Part shown: piece after piece, positions 7,038 to 15,316 of the stretch | Position numbering within the stretch: position 1 is the first letter of the stretch | Layout of the letters: the number at the start of each line of letters is the position of its first letter | DNA from: an uncultured virus (IMG/VR IMGVR_UViG_3300025877_000002) | Lineage: Duplodnaviria > Heunggongvirae > Uroviricota > Caudoviricetes | Virus record (IMG/VR): IMGVR_UViG_3300025877_000002 | Direction: 5' to 3' (one strand) | DNA: 20,000 nt | Translations under genes and position numbers: made by a program | The notes under the pieces: generated by a model | The model's database searches: none | What the model was told of the DNA's origin: nothing | The model's input: the letters and a program-made list of their open reading frames with translations, nothing else

Positions 7038-7225
7038 TCTATAGGTTTTTGGATTTTTAGTAATTCGTCTAAGGTACAGTATGTCCAGCCTGGTTCATCA
7101 TCTCCAGCAGGATTATGCCATTCGGCTAAGGCATGGCTTAGGTCTACCCCCTGAGTTACGAATGGTGTTCGTTCATCAAACCTATCGGTAAAGTAATGGG
7201 GTGGGAAGAATACGAAGGTTTTCAT
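7034..7225 (-). CDS. Small acidic hypothetical protein, 63 aa (probable paralog of 4407..4619)
   Basis: Coupled ORF; shared pattern. Confidence 0.7.
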   Translation of the reverse strand: MKTFVFFPPHYFTDRFDERTPFVTQGVDLSHALAEWHNPAGDDEPGWTYCTLDELLKIQKPIE

Positions 7226-7437
7226 CAGTATTTGTGATTGGGCGGTGTAGCTTGTATTGGAGCAGACTGTTTCTTTTGCAATTCGTGGTATTCCCAGCTG
7301 CCGTCAGTGTAAAGAATGACGCGTCTACCATGATTAGTTGTTGCGTAATCTTCGAACTTTCTAGAGCTAGCCTGCATGATCTGGGCAGATCGTATCAAAA
7401 TGAATGATAGACCTATTAGTAGGATTAGCTTTATCAT
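7225..7437 (-). CDS. Exported or membrane-anchored small protein, DUF3157-like
   Basis: Hydrophobic N-terminus then ATTNHGRRVILYTDGSWEY. Confidence 0.6.
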   Translation of the reverse strand: MIKLILLIGLSFILIRSAQIMQASSRKFEDYATTNHGRRVILYTDGSWEYHELQKKQSAPIQATPPNHKY

Positions 7438-7850
7438 TATTCGATTGAGATTTTGTATTTGTCTTTTATGAAAGCTGAGAAGGAATGGATCTCCTGACCG
7501 ATTGAGGCAATGGTTAGATCTTCCCGGATGGAGTATTCGGATTGAATCTTGGGCATATTTCTGATTTCGTAATCCGCAGAACTCCTAGCAAGACTCTTAG
7601 CAATCTGTTCCCAACTATCAAACTTACACTTATTACTTGAGTAATCCCAATTTGCGCCATCCAATAGGATTCGGGTAGCATCGTCCCCGACAGCCTTTCG
7701 GGATACTGAGATAAGCTTTTCAGCAGTGGCCATGTGGTGTGGGTCTTCTTTTATATGGTCCTCCCGTTCATTTCTTGCGTCCTGAAGTTTGGAATGGATC
7801 TTTGAGGCTAAGGCATCGATTTGAGCCTTTGTTAGTGGTTTTGTTTTCAT
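7437..7850 (-). CDS. Hypothetical protein, 137 aa
   Basis: Coupled ORF. Confidence 0.75.
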   Translation of the reverse strand: MKTKPLTKAQIDALASKIHSKLQDARNEREDHIKEDPHHMATAEKLISVSRKAVGDDATRILLDGANWDYSSNKCKFDSWEQIAKSLARSSADYEIRNMPKIQSEYSIREDLTIASIGQEIHSFSAFIKDKYKISIE

Positions 7851-7853
7851 GGG

Positions 7854-8057
7854 TTATTTGGATTTAGCAGCCTTAGCTGAGATTGAACGTTGGTGGATCC
7901 AGCAGATCCGTGTGGTATCTCTGGTCATGACTTTGCATTGAGCACCGGCTTTGGTGATCTCTTTGCACTGTTGGGCTTTAGGCTCTGTTGCACCGAAGGC
8001 AATGGCTGCAGTTAGCACTATGGCTAACATGATAATGAGGGTTGCTTGTTTTTTCAT
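7854..8057 (-). CDS. Signal-peptide protein with DUF5763-like C-x8-C-x10-C-x2-H motif
   Basis: MKKQATLIIMLAIVLTAAIAFG signal; QCKEITKAGAQCKVMTRDTTRICWIH. Confidence 0.65.
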   Translation of the reverse strand: MKKQATLIIMLAIVLTAAIAFGATEPKAQQCKEITKAGAQCKVMTRDTTRICWIHQRSISAKAAKSK

Positions 8058-8521
8058 GATTGAATAAAGGATTGTAGTTTAAGGTACATGGCTATTGTAG
8101 TGATGCTGTTTTCGGGTAAGCTGTAGAGCCTTAGCTCCTTATTCTTAAGGACTTTACCGACTTTCACCTTATGACCGAGGACAGCATGGGTATAGTTTAG
8201 GAGATAGTTCACTCCGTTGGTCATTAGGTAGTTTTTGCAGAGTTCCCTTATTTCGTTGTTAACCCTGTCAGTAGCTTCTGAGGGCAGGAAATAAAAGGAC
8301 CGGGATTGATTAAGTACCTCGTCCCAAGATTTCTTGGTGAACCCGTTTTTTTTCAAGATAGCAGCCTTGGCCTTAAAGAAAGAAGGCGGTAGTAGCTTAT
8401 CGAAGTATTCGCTTGCAGCAGGCCCCGCTTCATGTATTTGTTTACCCGAGGCAGCCTGTATACCTTGAGTTATTAAGAAATAAAGGCAGAGTTCGACTCT
8501 GGAGAAAGATGGTTTTTTCAT
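8054..8521 (-). CDS. Hypothetical protein, 155 aa
   Basis: First gene after promoter copy 2. Confidence 0.75.
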   Translation of the reverse strand: MKKPSFSRVELCLYFLITQGIQAASGKQIHEAGPAASEYFDKLLPPSFFKAKAAILKKNGFTKKSWDEVLNQSRSFYFLPSEATDRVNNEIRELCKNYLMTNGVNYLLNYTHAVLGHKVKVGKVLKNKELRLYSLPENSITTIAMYLKLQSFIQS

Positions 8522-8537
8522 GGTGTTGGGATTTGCG

Positions 8538-8626
8538 TTTATTTTTTATAATTATTTTATAATGCAAATATAATACCCTATTGGGATCCAATGCAAAACA
8601 TATTTTAAGAGCCTTAAAATTGGGTT
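8538..8626 (-). promoter_or_regulatory. Repeated phage promoter module, copy 2
   Basis: TTTG (8594-8597), 21 nt, TATATTTG (8565-8572). Confidence 0.85.
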
Positions 8627-8863
8627 TTAGTGACCTTGGTAATTAGCTTCATCTAGGACCCAACTGAATTTGTCCTCGAATTGTTCTTGGGTAAGACCCG
8701 TTTTATTAATGGCTTCTGATAGCCAATTAGCAAGTTGTGATTCTGCTTCATAGGCAACTTGCCCCGCTTCTGTTTCGGTAAAATTTCCATCTTGAGTGGG
8801 CCACATACATCCGTATTGTAGGATATAAAGTTGTAAGTGAGTAAGGTGAAGGAATGGGTTCAT
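8627..8863 (-). CDS. Hypothetical protein, 78 aa
   Basis: ORF in operon. Confidence 0.7.
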   Translation of the reverse strand: MNPFLHLTHLQLYILQYGCMWPTQDGNFTETEAGQVAYEAESQLANWLSEAINKTGLTQEQFEDKFSWVLDEANYQGH

Positions 8864-8865
8864 GG

Positions 8866-9168
8866 TTATTTGATTATGAAGTGAATGTTGTTTTCTGTCA
8901 TGAGCTCAATAAGTTCTGTGGCATAATGGATATTATCCAAGGATTCTTGGACATCTTCGTCATCGGAGGATTCGCATTCCTTTACGAAAGCAGTATCAGC
9001 CTTAATCATATCATTAAGTTCCTCGATCCCTATTTGGAACCTGTTGTCCTCACCATGAAAATCCTCATCGAATTTATCACTTAACCATATATGAGCATCT
9101 TCGGATATTAACCCGTCAACAGAGTCAATGGATAAGCACCTTAATATAATATTGTCGGCTAGTTTCAT
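8866..9168 (-). CDS. Highly acidic hypothetical protein, 100 aa
   Basis: About 26 D/E versus 7 K/R by manual count. Confidence 0.75.
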   Translation of the reverse strand: MKLADNIILRCLSIDSVDGLISEDAHIWLSDKFDEDFHGEDNRFQIGIEELNDMIKADTAFVKECESSDDEDVQESLDNIHYATELIELMTENNIHFIIK

Positions 9169-9308
9169 GATCTTGGTCGGATATAACGTTTACCCGTAGT
9201 TGGGTCGAATGAGGATTGGATCCCAAGTGCAACTGTAGGTCCCTGCAGTTCTCTGAACTGTTTTGCTATACGTATGTCTGTGTATAGGCTTTCGTTGATT
9301 CTTATCAT
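9165..9308 (-). CDS. Hypothetical protein, 47 aa (not in ORF track)
   Basis: MIRINESLYTDIRIAKQFRELQGPTVALGIQSSFDPTTGKRYIRPRS; ATGA overlaps at both ends fill the gap exactly. Confidence 0.6.
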   Translation of the reverse strand: MIRINESLYTDIRIAKQFRELQGPTVALGIQSSFDPTTGKRYIRPRS

Positions 9309-9553
9309 GGCTTGAATAGTTGAATGTCTGTAACATTGAATCTTTGTATACCCTCGGTTGTATCGGCTATAATGTATAGTTCGTCACCGTCTTCCCCTAT
9401 TTCTAGGACTTCAGATTCGGGGAATAATAATAGGTTCCCGGCACCCAAGCTATCATCGGCTGATGATGCAATATAGGTGGGTTCATTGATTTGAGTGGAA
9501 TACCCGCTTTCAAAGTAGGATTTCCAGAGATCTGATTTAAGATTGAGTTTCAT
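9305..9553 (-). CDS. Acidic hypothetical protein (start revised to MKLNLKS)
   Basis: ATG at 9553; stop coupled to next gene. Confidence 0.65.
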   Translation of the reverse strand: MKLNLKSDLWKSYFESGYSTQINEPTYIASSADDSLGAGNLLLFPESEVLEIGEDGDELYIIADTTEGIQRFNVTDIQLFKP

Positions 9554-9824
9554 GTTTATCTTGATGAGTGATTTTTCTGTAGCTATGATAAGCAATAAGA
9601 GTCAGTGGTTCATCGTCTTCCCCGGCAATGGTCATTACCTTTTTTTCGGGGTCGTGGCAAACGATGTCTCGTTCAGTAAAGGACATCAGGGTGTTTTCCC
9701 AAGATTCATCATCGTTATAACCATTGTCTTTGAGTTGCCGTTTTACATGTACCACGTAAAGGACAGTATCCCCATAAAGAGTGATACTGTTTAATCGGCA
9801 GGATAGGAGGTATTTCTGTGCCAT
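9537..9824 (-). CDS. Hypothetical protein, 95 aa
   Basis: First gene after promoter copy 3. Confidence 0.7.
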   Translation of the reverse strand: MAQKYLLSCRLNSITLYGDTVLYVVHVKRQLKDNGYNDDESWENTLMSFTERDIVCHDPEKKVMTIAGEDDEPLTLIAYHSYRKITHQDKHETQS

Positions 9825-9828
9825 TGTA

Positions 9829-9917
9829 TTTATTTTTTATAATTATTTTATAATGCAAATATATAACCCAATATAGCACCCATGCAATACATATTTTAAG
9901 AGCCTTAAAAATGGGTT
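9829..9917 (-). promoter_or_regulatory. Repeated phage promoter module, copy 3
   Basis: TTG (9885-9887), 21 nt, TATATTTG (9856-9863); flanks nearly identical to copy 2. Confidence 0.85.
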
Positions 9918-9918
9918 A

Positions 9919-10320
9919 TTATCCGAATATGATTTCTTTGTAGAGTACAGTTTGAAGGATAGCATCCGCGTCATCCGCATCATCTTCCTCGGCTTTTATC
10001 CTGAGTAAGTTTTCAGTGGGGGTCATTTGCACCCGCTCATGAACCATGGCAAGTGTGACTACTTGGCTATAGTCTCCCTCGTTATCGTGATCCACGAAGT
10101 AGAGGGGATCTCCGCCCCGTAGCATTTCCATGATCACATCCTCTAAGCAAGGACTGCAAGTAGGATTAGCATCAGTAAGCCTTTTCCTAGCTTTGGCATA
10201 GGCTAAAGGGTCCTGATCCAATTCTAGTTCTATGCCATAGCTTCGAAGTTGTCCTCCGATATTGCATAGAGCATTGTAAAACATGTTTTCAGCCTCAGCT
10301 GGTTCTAGGATTATTTTCAT
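9919..10320 (-). CDS. Phage hypothetical protein, 133 aa, with C-terminal DAxxADxIxQ...FG motif
   Basis: Ends DDADDADAILQTVLYKEIIFG, a pattern I recall from phage hypothetical proteins. Confidence 0.75.
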   Translation of the reverse strand: MKIILEPAEAENMFYNALCNIGGQLRSYGIELELDQDPLAYAKARKRLTDANPTCSPCLEDVIMEMLRGGDPLYFVDHDNEGDYSQVVTLAMVHERVQMTPTENLLRIKAEEDDADDADAILQTVLYKEIIFG

Positions 10321-10487
10321 TGTTCTCTGTATTTAACGATTTGTTGTACCCAATATCCTCGTGCTAAGAAGGCAGTCCCCCAGGGTTGGTATCCTTTCCG
10401 GATTTTCTCATCGATTTTTTGAACTAGGCTCGGAAAATCGTTGGCCTCTATAAAGTCGACGAATGCTACATCTCTATTGTGGTTCAT
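10317..10487 (-). CDS. DUF1737-like small protein, 56 aa (not in ORF track)
   Basis: MNHNRDVAFVDFIEANDFPSLVQKIDEKIRKGYQPWGTAFLARGYWVQQIVKYREQ; LxxxIxxxIxxGYxPxG...QxxVK pattern; ATGA overlap. Confidence 0.7.
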   Translation of the reverse strand: MNHNRDVAFVDFIEANDFPSLVQKIDEKIRKGYQPWGTAFLARGYWVQQIVKYREQ

Positions 10488-10488
10488 G

Positions 10489-10791
10489 TTATTTTCGGAT
10501 TAAGGCAAGGTATTTGATGTTATCATATCGGCAAAGCATCTTAGTAGCTGCCTCGCTAATGATATTAATGAGGTTGACAGAAGATTGGGTACGATTACCT
10601 TTGGGTCTGTATTTCTGACAAGCAGTGATCATCGTATGACGATCTCCCATTCGAACGATACGGGATTTGTTCAGAGGATCCTGAACAGCAGTATTAAGGC
10701 TTTCAACATCTTTGAAAGCGGCAAGGACATAAGATTCATTGAATCTTACTTCATTAAGTTTTAGGGGCATAGTTTTGGGTTCTTTAGGCAT
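10489..10791 (-). CDS. Hypothetical protein, up to 100 aa
   Basis: ORF in operon; start may be the second Met. Confidence 0.65.
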   Translation of the reverse strand: MPKEPKTMPLKLNEVRFNESYVLAAFKDVESLNTAVQDPLNKSRIVRMGDRHTMITACQKYRPKGNRTQSSVNLINIISEAATKMLCRYDNIKYLALIRK

Positions 10792-10886
10792 ACTCCTAGT
10801 AGATTAGAATTTAGATTATTTAGCATTTGTTACTTAGTTATTAGTATTCTCTAGATTAGCTCTCGGTTTGATACAGTTTGGGGATT

Positions 10887-10951
10887 AAAAAATAAGGGCA
10901 CTAGGAAGAGGATCTCGTCATTAAGTTCGTCTTTATTTTCCTAGCACCCTT
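10887..10951 (-). terminator. Long-loop hairpin with U tract, probable terminator
   Basis: Minus strand AAGGGTGCTAGGAA, 30-nt loop, TTCCTAGTGCCCTT-ATTTTTT (two G-U pairs) after 10974..11384. Confidence 0.6.
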
Positions 10952-10973
10952 TACTAATAACATAAGATGAGGC

Positions 10974-11384
10974 TTATGCTACAGCTTCTTCGGCAACTTT
11001 AACCTTCGCTAATTCCGGTTTTACGAAGGTTGCTTTTGCCCACTCATTGTACTCTCTTACAAGTTCTGCTCTTGACTTCTTATCGGCAGCTTTCTCAATC
11101 TTTGCAAGGTATGAATCTCGCTTAGTTCGGGCAGCAGTGCGGAATTTCTTACGTTTCCCAAGAGAGTCAGCATCTTCCGGATAGATGTAAACCAAGACCT
11201 TTTCCTTGGTGATCTTTTTGGCCAAGACCTCCTTGTTGGCATCGTCCTGCTTCTTTTGTTTCTTAGCAAGTTTGCCTTCGGCGTTAGAGATTGCAGCTTC
11301 CACGATGGGATTTACTGATTGGGCAGCTGGTGCTGCAGCGGCAGCCTTTGCAAGGCGAGCGGCTTTCTTTTCTGATTTTGTCAT
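10974..11384 (-). CDS. Lys/Ala-rich basic protein, putative nucleic-acid binding
   Basis: Composition; YIYPEDADSLGKRKKFRTAAR motif; has its own promoter and terminator. Confidence 0.8.
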   Translation of the reverse strand: MTKSEKKAARLAKAAAAAPAAQSVNPIVEAAISNAEGKLAKKQKKQDDANKEVLAKKITKEKVLVYIYPEDADSLGKRKKFRTAARTKRDSYLAKIEKAADKKSRAELVREYNEWAKATFVKPELAKVKVAEEAVA

Positions 11385-11448
11385 TGTTTGATGGGATTAA
11401 TTGTTTGACTTATTAAGGTTTATATTGTATTTTTTATATGCAATTAAT

Positions 11449-11516
11449 TTATAATGCAAATATATATCTCCAAATGGACCCATAGCAATACATTTTTTCA
11501 GGGCCTTTAATTTGGG
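11449..11516 (-). promoter_or_regulatory. Repeated phage promoter module, copy 4
   Basis: TTG (11486-11488), 21 nt, TATATTTG (11457-11464). Confidence 0.8.
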
Positions 11517-11921
11517 TTAGTCGAATAGCTCGCAATATAGGAAATGAAGCTCGGACCAATCTTCTCGGTCAAGAGGAATGAATTCGTTGGTATGTTCATC
11601 ATATAGGATATATACGAATATCTCTGCTAGGCTATCCCAACATATATCGAACTGAGTAAAGCCTAATGCTTTTAATTCATCATCCCAGCAGTCAAGGTCC
11701 AGGAAATCCTCCATGGCACAGTCATACTTAGTGGTGTCAAAAGCAGCAATCGGACCCGCCATGAACACCCTTTCATCCCCAGTCGATACTCCCAACTCAT
11801 CAGTGGTGTAACCAAATCGGATGGCTAGTCCATTTAGTTTTTTCCTTTGTTTACGATCAAGGGTATCTTTCCAATCACAGGTTTCAAAGTGAATGGGTTT
11901 GTATCTGTTAGATAGGATCAT
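11517..11921 (-). CDS. Acidic hypothetical protein, 134 aa
   Basis: ATGA overlap. Confidence 0.75.
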   Translation of the reverse strand: MILSNRYKPIHFETCDWKDTLDRKQRKKLNGLAIRFGYTTDELGVSTGDERVFMAGPIAAFDTTKYDCAMEDFLDLDCWDDELKALGFTQFDICWDSLAEIFVYILYDEHTNEFIPLDREDWSELHFLYCELFD

Positions 11922-12454
11922 AGTGCGGTTTCTTGTTTGAAGCCCATGGATTTTAGTACCAGGGCTAATGTTTGTGGATTAGTAGTTTTCCAGTCCTCAA
12001 GTTTCGCTATTACCTGATCGAAGCTTGGCGGGATTGTAGCTGGTTCTTCGTAGGAGTTGAAGAACTCCTCTCGTTCAGAGGAATCGGAGGATTCTACTGC
12101 AGCTCTCAGTTCACCGCTGGTAAGACCCCCGCATCTGGAAAGCATATCAATCCGTTCACCGGGTTGGCAGTTATCCCAAGCTTCTAATAGGGACCACTTA
12201 GGCAGCCATCCTTTGTCATTGAGGACTTCTAATAGGTTCCTCATGTCATTTGCATTGTACCTGCCCTTGGGGGATTTACCGGGGTGTTCAAAAGAATTGG
12301 ACTCAGGGATACAGTCTACTACGTAGACAAGTTCTGATCCTTTTTCTATGAGATCAGCTTCTTCTAGGAATTCTTCCCTTTCGTCTTGGCCAAGATCCTC
12401 GATAATTTCTATGAGATCTACTGTGGCAGAGATGTCTACTGTGATTGGTTTCAT
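11918..12454 (-). CDS. Acidic hypothetical protein, 178 aa
   Basis: First gene after promoter copy 5. Confidence 0.75.
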   Translation of the reverse strand: MKPITVDISATVDLIEIIEDLGQDEREEFLEEADLIEKGSELVYVVDCIPESNSFEHPGKSPKGRYNANDMRNLLEVLNDKGWLPKWSLLEAWDNCQPGERIDMLSRCGGLTSGELRAAVESSDSSEREEFFNSYEEPATIPPSFDQVIAKLEDWKTTNPQTLALVLKSMGFKQETAL

Positions 12455-12459
12455 ATTTT

Positions 12460-12537
12460 TTATATTATTTTATAATGCAAATATATAACCCATTAGTGAA
12501 CCCATGCAAATCATTTTTTCGGGGCTCTTAATTTAGG
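12460..12537 (-). promoter_or_regulatory. Repeated phage promoter module, copy 5 (overlaps 3' end of 12511..12804)
   Basis: TTTG (12507-12510), 21 nt, TATATTTG (12478-12485). Confidence 0.85.
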
Positions 12538-12804
12538 TTTAGTTAAGTAGGCCCATGAAATTACCTTCGTGTTTCCAGAGATACCTTCTATTAGCCATAG
12601 CCATGAGCCATCAGTATATGACCATCTCCTAGCGGGTCTCGGTACAGTTTCTTCTCTTCTATAGTTTCCCACTTTTTCCCATTCCCAATGTACTAACACT
12701 AGCTTGGAAATCTCTCTACCATATACCTTAGATAATTTCTTATCCACTTTAGGTAAGGATTCTGAAGCATCTCTCCAGATGATGGGTTTATACTTTGAGC
12801 TCAT
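12511..12804 (-). CDS. DUF551-like phage protein
   Basis: WRDASESLPK...VLV...VISWAYL pattern. Confidence 0.6.
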   Translation of the reverse strand: MSSKYKPIIWRDASESLPKVDKKLSKVYGREISKLVLVHWEWEKVGNYRREETVPRPARRWSYTDGSWLWLIEGISGNTKVISWAYLTKPKLRAPKK

Positions 12805-13553
12805 GATAGCAGGCCTCTATTGAATGTTGATCCCCCGTTTACTCCTTTATTCAGGGATACTGATCTTCCAGCTTCTCTTCCCATTTCTAATCCCCCTCTT
12901 GCTGATCTCTTCGTCATGGATCGAGATGTTCTAACTCGGTAGGCAGAGTTATCAATGTACTCCTTGATTTCCTGTCCCGATACTCTGATCAATCCAGTGA
13001 TCTTAGAATCCTGTTGGGACATTTGCTCAACTGTAGTTGAAAGCCTTTGCCCAATGGATTGAACACATCCAGTTAAAAAGCCCCGTATAAAGGCTCCCCG
13101 TTTTTCATGTCCCAAGTATTCGGAGAATGCCTTTCGAGCAAGGTTCCTGATTAGTGGGACTAGGTATGAAGCGAAGTATTCCACTACTTGCCTGTTAGCC
13201 TGTGTGCCAAAGAGGATAATGTCTTTGCCGCCTCCTTTCTTGTGGGATCGGGTCATTAATACAAAGCAGAGATTATTCTTTGCAATGTGGTGGTACAGGG
13301 TGGGTATCCAGTCCCCTTCCTTACCAGAGGTCATCTCTGATGTTTCAATCCTATCTTCAGTGATGGGAGCTTTGGTTGTACCAAAGGCTCGGGCATCATC
13401 TTCCGAGAGATTGTATTGCATTAAAATTTGTTGGGCTCTTGCAGCAGCATTCTCAGCTTCTGCTAGTGAACCAACTGCCTTTGCTCCTTCTGCAAGGTTA
13501 AGCAGTTTGTTGAGACGCTTCAGTACATCGTCCGGAATCGTTTGATTTGCCAT
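12801..13553 (-). CDS. DUF2786 domain-containing protein
   Basis: VLKRLNKLLNLAE...EAENAAARAQQILMQYNLS N-terminal signature; C-terminal FIRGF and GREAGRSVSLN. Confidence 0.85.
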   Translation of the reverse strand: MANQTIPDDVLKRLNKLLNLAEGAKAVGSLAEAENAAARAQQILMQYNLSEDDARAFGTTKAPITEDRIETSEMTSGKEGDWIPTLYHHIAKNNLCFVLMTRSHKKGGGKDIILFGTQANRQVVEYFASYLVPLIRNLARKAFSEYLGHEKRGAFIRGFLTGCVQSIGQRLSTTVEQMSQQDSKITGLIRVSGQEIKEYIDNSAYRVRTSRSMTKRSARGGLEMGREAGRSVSLNKGVNGGSTFNRGLLS

Positions 13554-13785
13554 AGGGTTTTAAGATTTGTAATGGTTCGTTGATCTTTAATTCAAGGATC
13601 TTGATATCCCGTTTGATAGCAGCTTCTCTTACAGTGAGAGCTGTTCCGCAGGTGATATCTTGTCCGATATGTTTCACCCGAGAATAGTATTCATGATCAG
13701 GGAATCGGGGATTGCGTCTTCTGCTACTTGGGGATAATTTGTATACTCCCTTGAAGCCTGTTGTGTTGGGTTTACCTTTTGCCAT
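13498..13785 (-). CDS. Stand-alone AP2-like DNA-binding protein
   Basis: NTTGFKGVY...YYSRV...CGT..TVREAAIKRD. Confidence 0.7.
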   Translation of the reverse strand: MAKGKPNTTGFKGVYKLSPSSRRRNPRFPDHEYYSRVKHIGQDITCGTALTVREAAIKRDIKILELKINEPLQILKPYGKSNDSGRCTEASQQTA

Positions 13786-13794
13786 ATATGGTTT

Positions 13795-14199
13795 TTAATC
13801 GCCCCGTGTGTCGGGGGGTCTGTGGAAATTTGGATCATAGCATTTATCGCAAACTATCCCCGCAAAGGAGAAGTGCTTGAATCTCTTTTGGGACTTGAAC
13901 TTATTGCATTGTCCGCAGTACCATTTGCCGGCCTTTATATTTGCTATGAAGGTAGGTAACTTGACTTTGAATTCCAACCAATCAACAAAGGTGATTAGCG
14001 ATATTGAAGGCCCTGCGTATAGAGTAAGAGACTCGGTACCAACTACAAACTGTAATTGAGGTTTACCGGTTAGGTCTTCTATCCAAAGTGGGGGACTTTG
14101 TTGCCCTGGTACATGGTAACTAGCCGCATCTAACCTAAGGTCTCTGAATGACTTTATCTGAATAAAATCGGATTCAGTATAGTGGAGTGCTCTTCTCAT
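13795..14199 (-). CDS. Hypothetical protein with C-terminal CxxC...CxxC zinc ribbon
   Basis: WYCGQCNK...AGIVCDKCY. Confidence 0.7.
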   Translation of the reverse strand: MRRALHYTESDFIQIKSFRDLRLDAASYHVPGQQSPPLWIEDLTGKPQLQFVVGTESLTLYAGPSISLITFVDWLEFKVKLPTFIANIKAGKWYCGQCNKFKSQKRFKHFSFAGIVCDKCYDPNFHRPPDTRGD

Positions 14200-14462
14200 T
14201 TATGTTTTGATTTAAGGTTATCGTTTGGAGTAAGCCATTCCGGCAATACAACTAAAGCAGTGGGACCCAAGTGTTTGGGATTTCTCCAATACTTTATGGA
14301 TCCTTTCTTGAAAAGGTATTCAAGGCTCTTGTAAACTTTTAGTTTCATTTCGGGGGTCATCCGGAATCCAGCAGGAGTTAAAGCCTGATAGATCTCATCG
14401 TGCCGCATAGGTTTTCCCTTAGCAGTAAGGATCTTGATGATAGTGTTTGTTTGCTTTGCCAT
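14196..14462 (-). CDS. Winged-helix DNA-binding protein
   Basis: IIKILTAKGKPMRHDEIYQAL...VYKSLEYLFKKGSI. Confidence 0.65.
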   Translation of the reverse strand: MAKQTNTIIKILTAKGKPMRHDEIYQALTPAGFRMTPEMKLKVYKSLEYLFKKGSIKYWRNPKHLGPTALVVLPEWLTPNDNLKSKHK

Positions 14463-14477
14463 ATTAATTGTATTTAT

Positions 14478-14540
14478 TTATTATAATGCAAAATTATATC
14501 CCAATTGAACCCAATGCAAAACATATTTTCAAGGCCTTTA
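14478..14540 (-). promoter_or_regulatory. Repeated phage promoter module, copy 6
   Basis: TTTG (14517-14520), 20 nt, TAATTTTG (14489-14496). Confidence 0.85.
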
Positions 14541-14819
14541 ATATCGGGTTTGTGATGTGTTTTTTTCTATGTCTTCCAATACGTCCCTAGTAGTCCTCTT
14601 CTTAGGCTTGGTTATTGTGTATGGGACTGTATCATAGTGATTAGAAGTGTCTTCTACATAAATATATTCCTTAATTGGGGGAGGCGGTACAGGTTCCAGC
14701 CATATACCGACAAACACAAGAAATCCCACTACTAATAGCGGGATTCCGAAATATTTAGCAAAAAACTTGGAGGCCTGTTTTACAGCAGCCATTTCCTCAG
14801 GGGTCATTTCCTTAGCCAT
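14538..14819 (-). CDS. Single-pass membrane protein, 93 aa
   Basis: YFGIPLLVVGFLVFVGIWL transmembrane segment followed by poly-Pro. Confidence 0.7.
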   Translation of the reverse strand: MAKEMTPEEMAAVKQASKFFAKYFGIPLLVVGFLVFVGIWLEPVPPPPIKEYIYVEDTSNHYDTVPYTITKPKKRTTRDVLEDIEKNTSQTRY

Positions 14820-15316
14820 TTTGGTGTTTTTCTTTTGGTGTACTTATGAAGATGTTGTTTGTGCCTTTTATAATACATTCGGTAGGCAAGAACTGTATCG
14901 TCTATCTGCAAGTCTTCATCCTCCCCCACTACGGCAATAAATAAGAAGGGTTCAGAGGAATCAAAGCTGTTATCTAATATAATCTGCTGGAATAATTCAT
15001 GCAGTCTTCTAGCTTTAATGAATTTATCCTTATTCCCGAATCGGAAGTCGTATTCTTTGATTAGATAACCTAAGAACTGGGTTAGCCATACAAAATTCCT
15101 TTGGTGTTGCTGAACCCATAGAGTGCAGGGGTGATTGAGATGAGTACGGTTATATACCTGGTCCTTGTAGGATTGACTAAATGTAGTTTTGCCCACATGT
15201 GTATTTATCCCGTTTGAGAGAAGTTGACAGGTTTCTGTAATCAGCTTGATTATATGCTTATCCCCGTGGTATCTAGCAGCCCATTTAGGATCCTTGGATA
15301 GGACGAAGATGTTCAT
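14804..15316 (-). CDS. denV: Pyrimidine dimer DNA glycosylase / endonuclease V-like protein
   Basis: MNIFVLSKDP..AA.YH.DKH.IK...E..QLLS and THLNHPCTLW motifs of the Pyr_excise-related phage family. Confidence 0.75.
   Translation of the reverse strand: MNIFVLSKDPKWAARYHGDKHIIKLITETCQLLSNGINTHVGKTTFSQSYKDQVYNRTHLNHPCTLWVQQHQRNFVWLTQFLGYLIKEYDFRFGNKDKFIKARRLHELFQQIILDNSFDSSEPFLFIAVVGEDEDLQIDDTVLAYRMYYKRHKQHLHKYTKRKTPKWLRK

Noticed and set aside
5172..11269. Alternative-frame minus ORFs 5172..5393, 5872..6090 and 11057..11269
   Set aside because: Nested in or straddling better-supported genes in other frames
13498..13785. HNH-AP2 homing endonuclease
   Set aside because: Only the AP2-like part is present; no HNH motif
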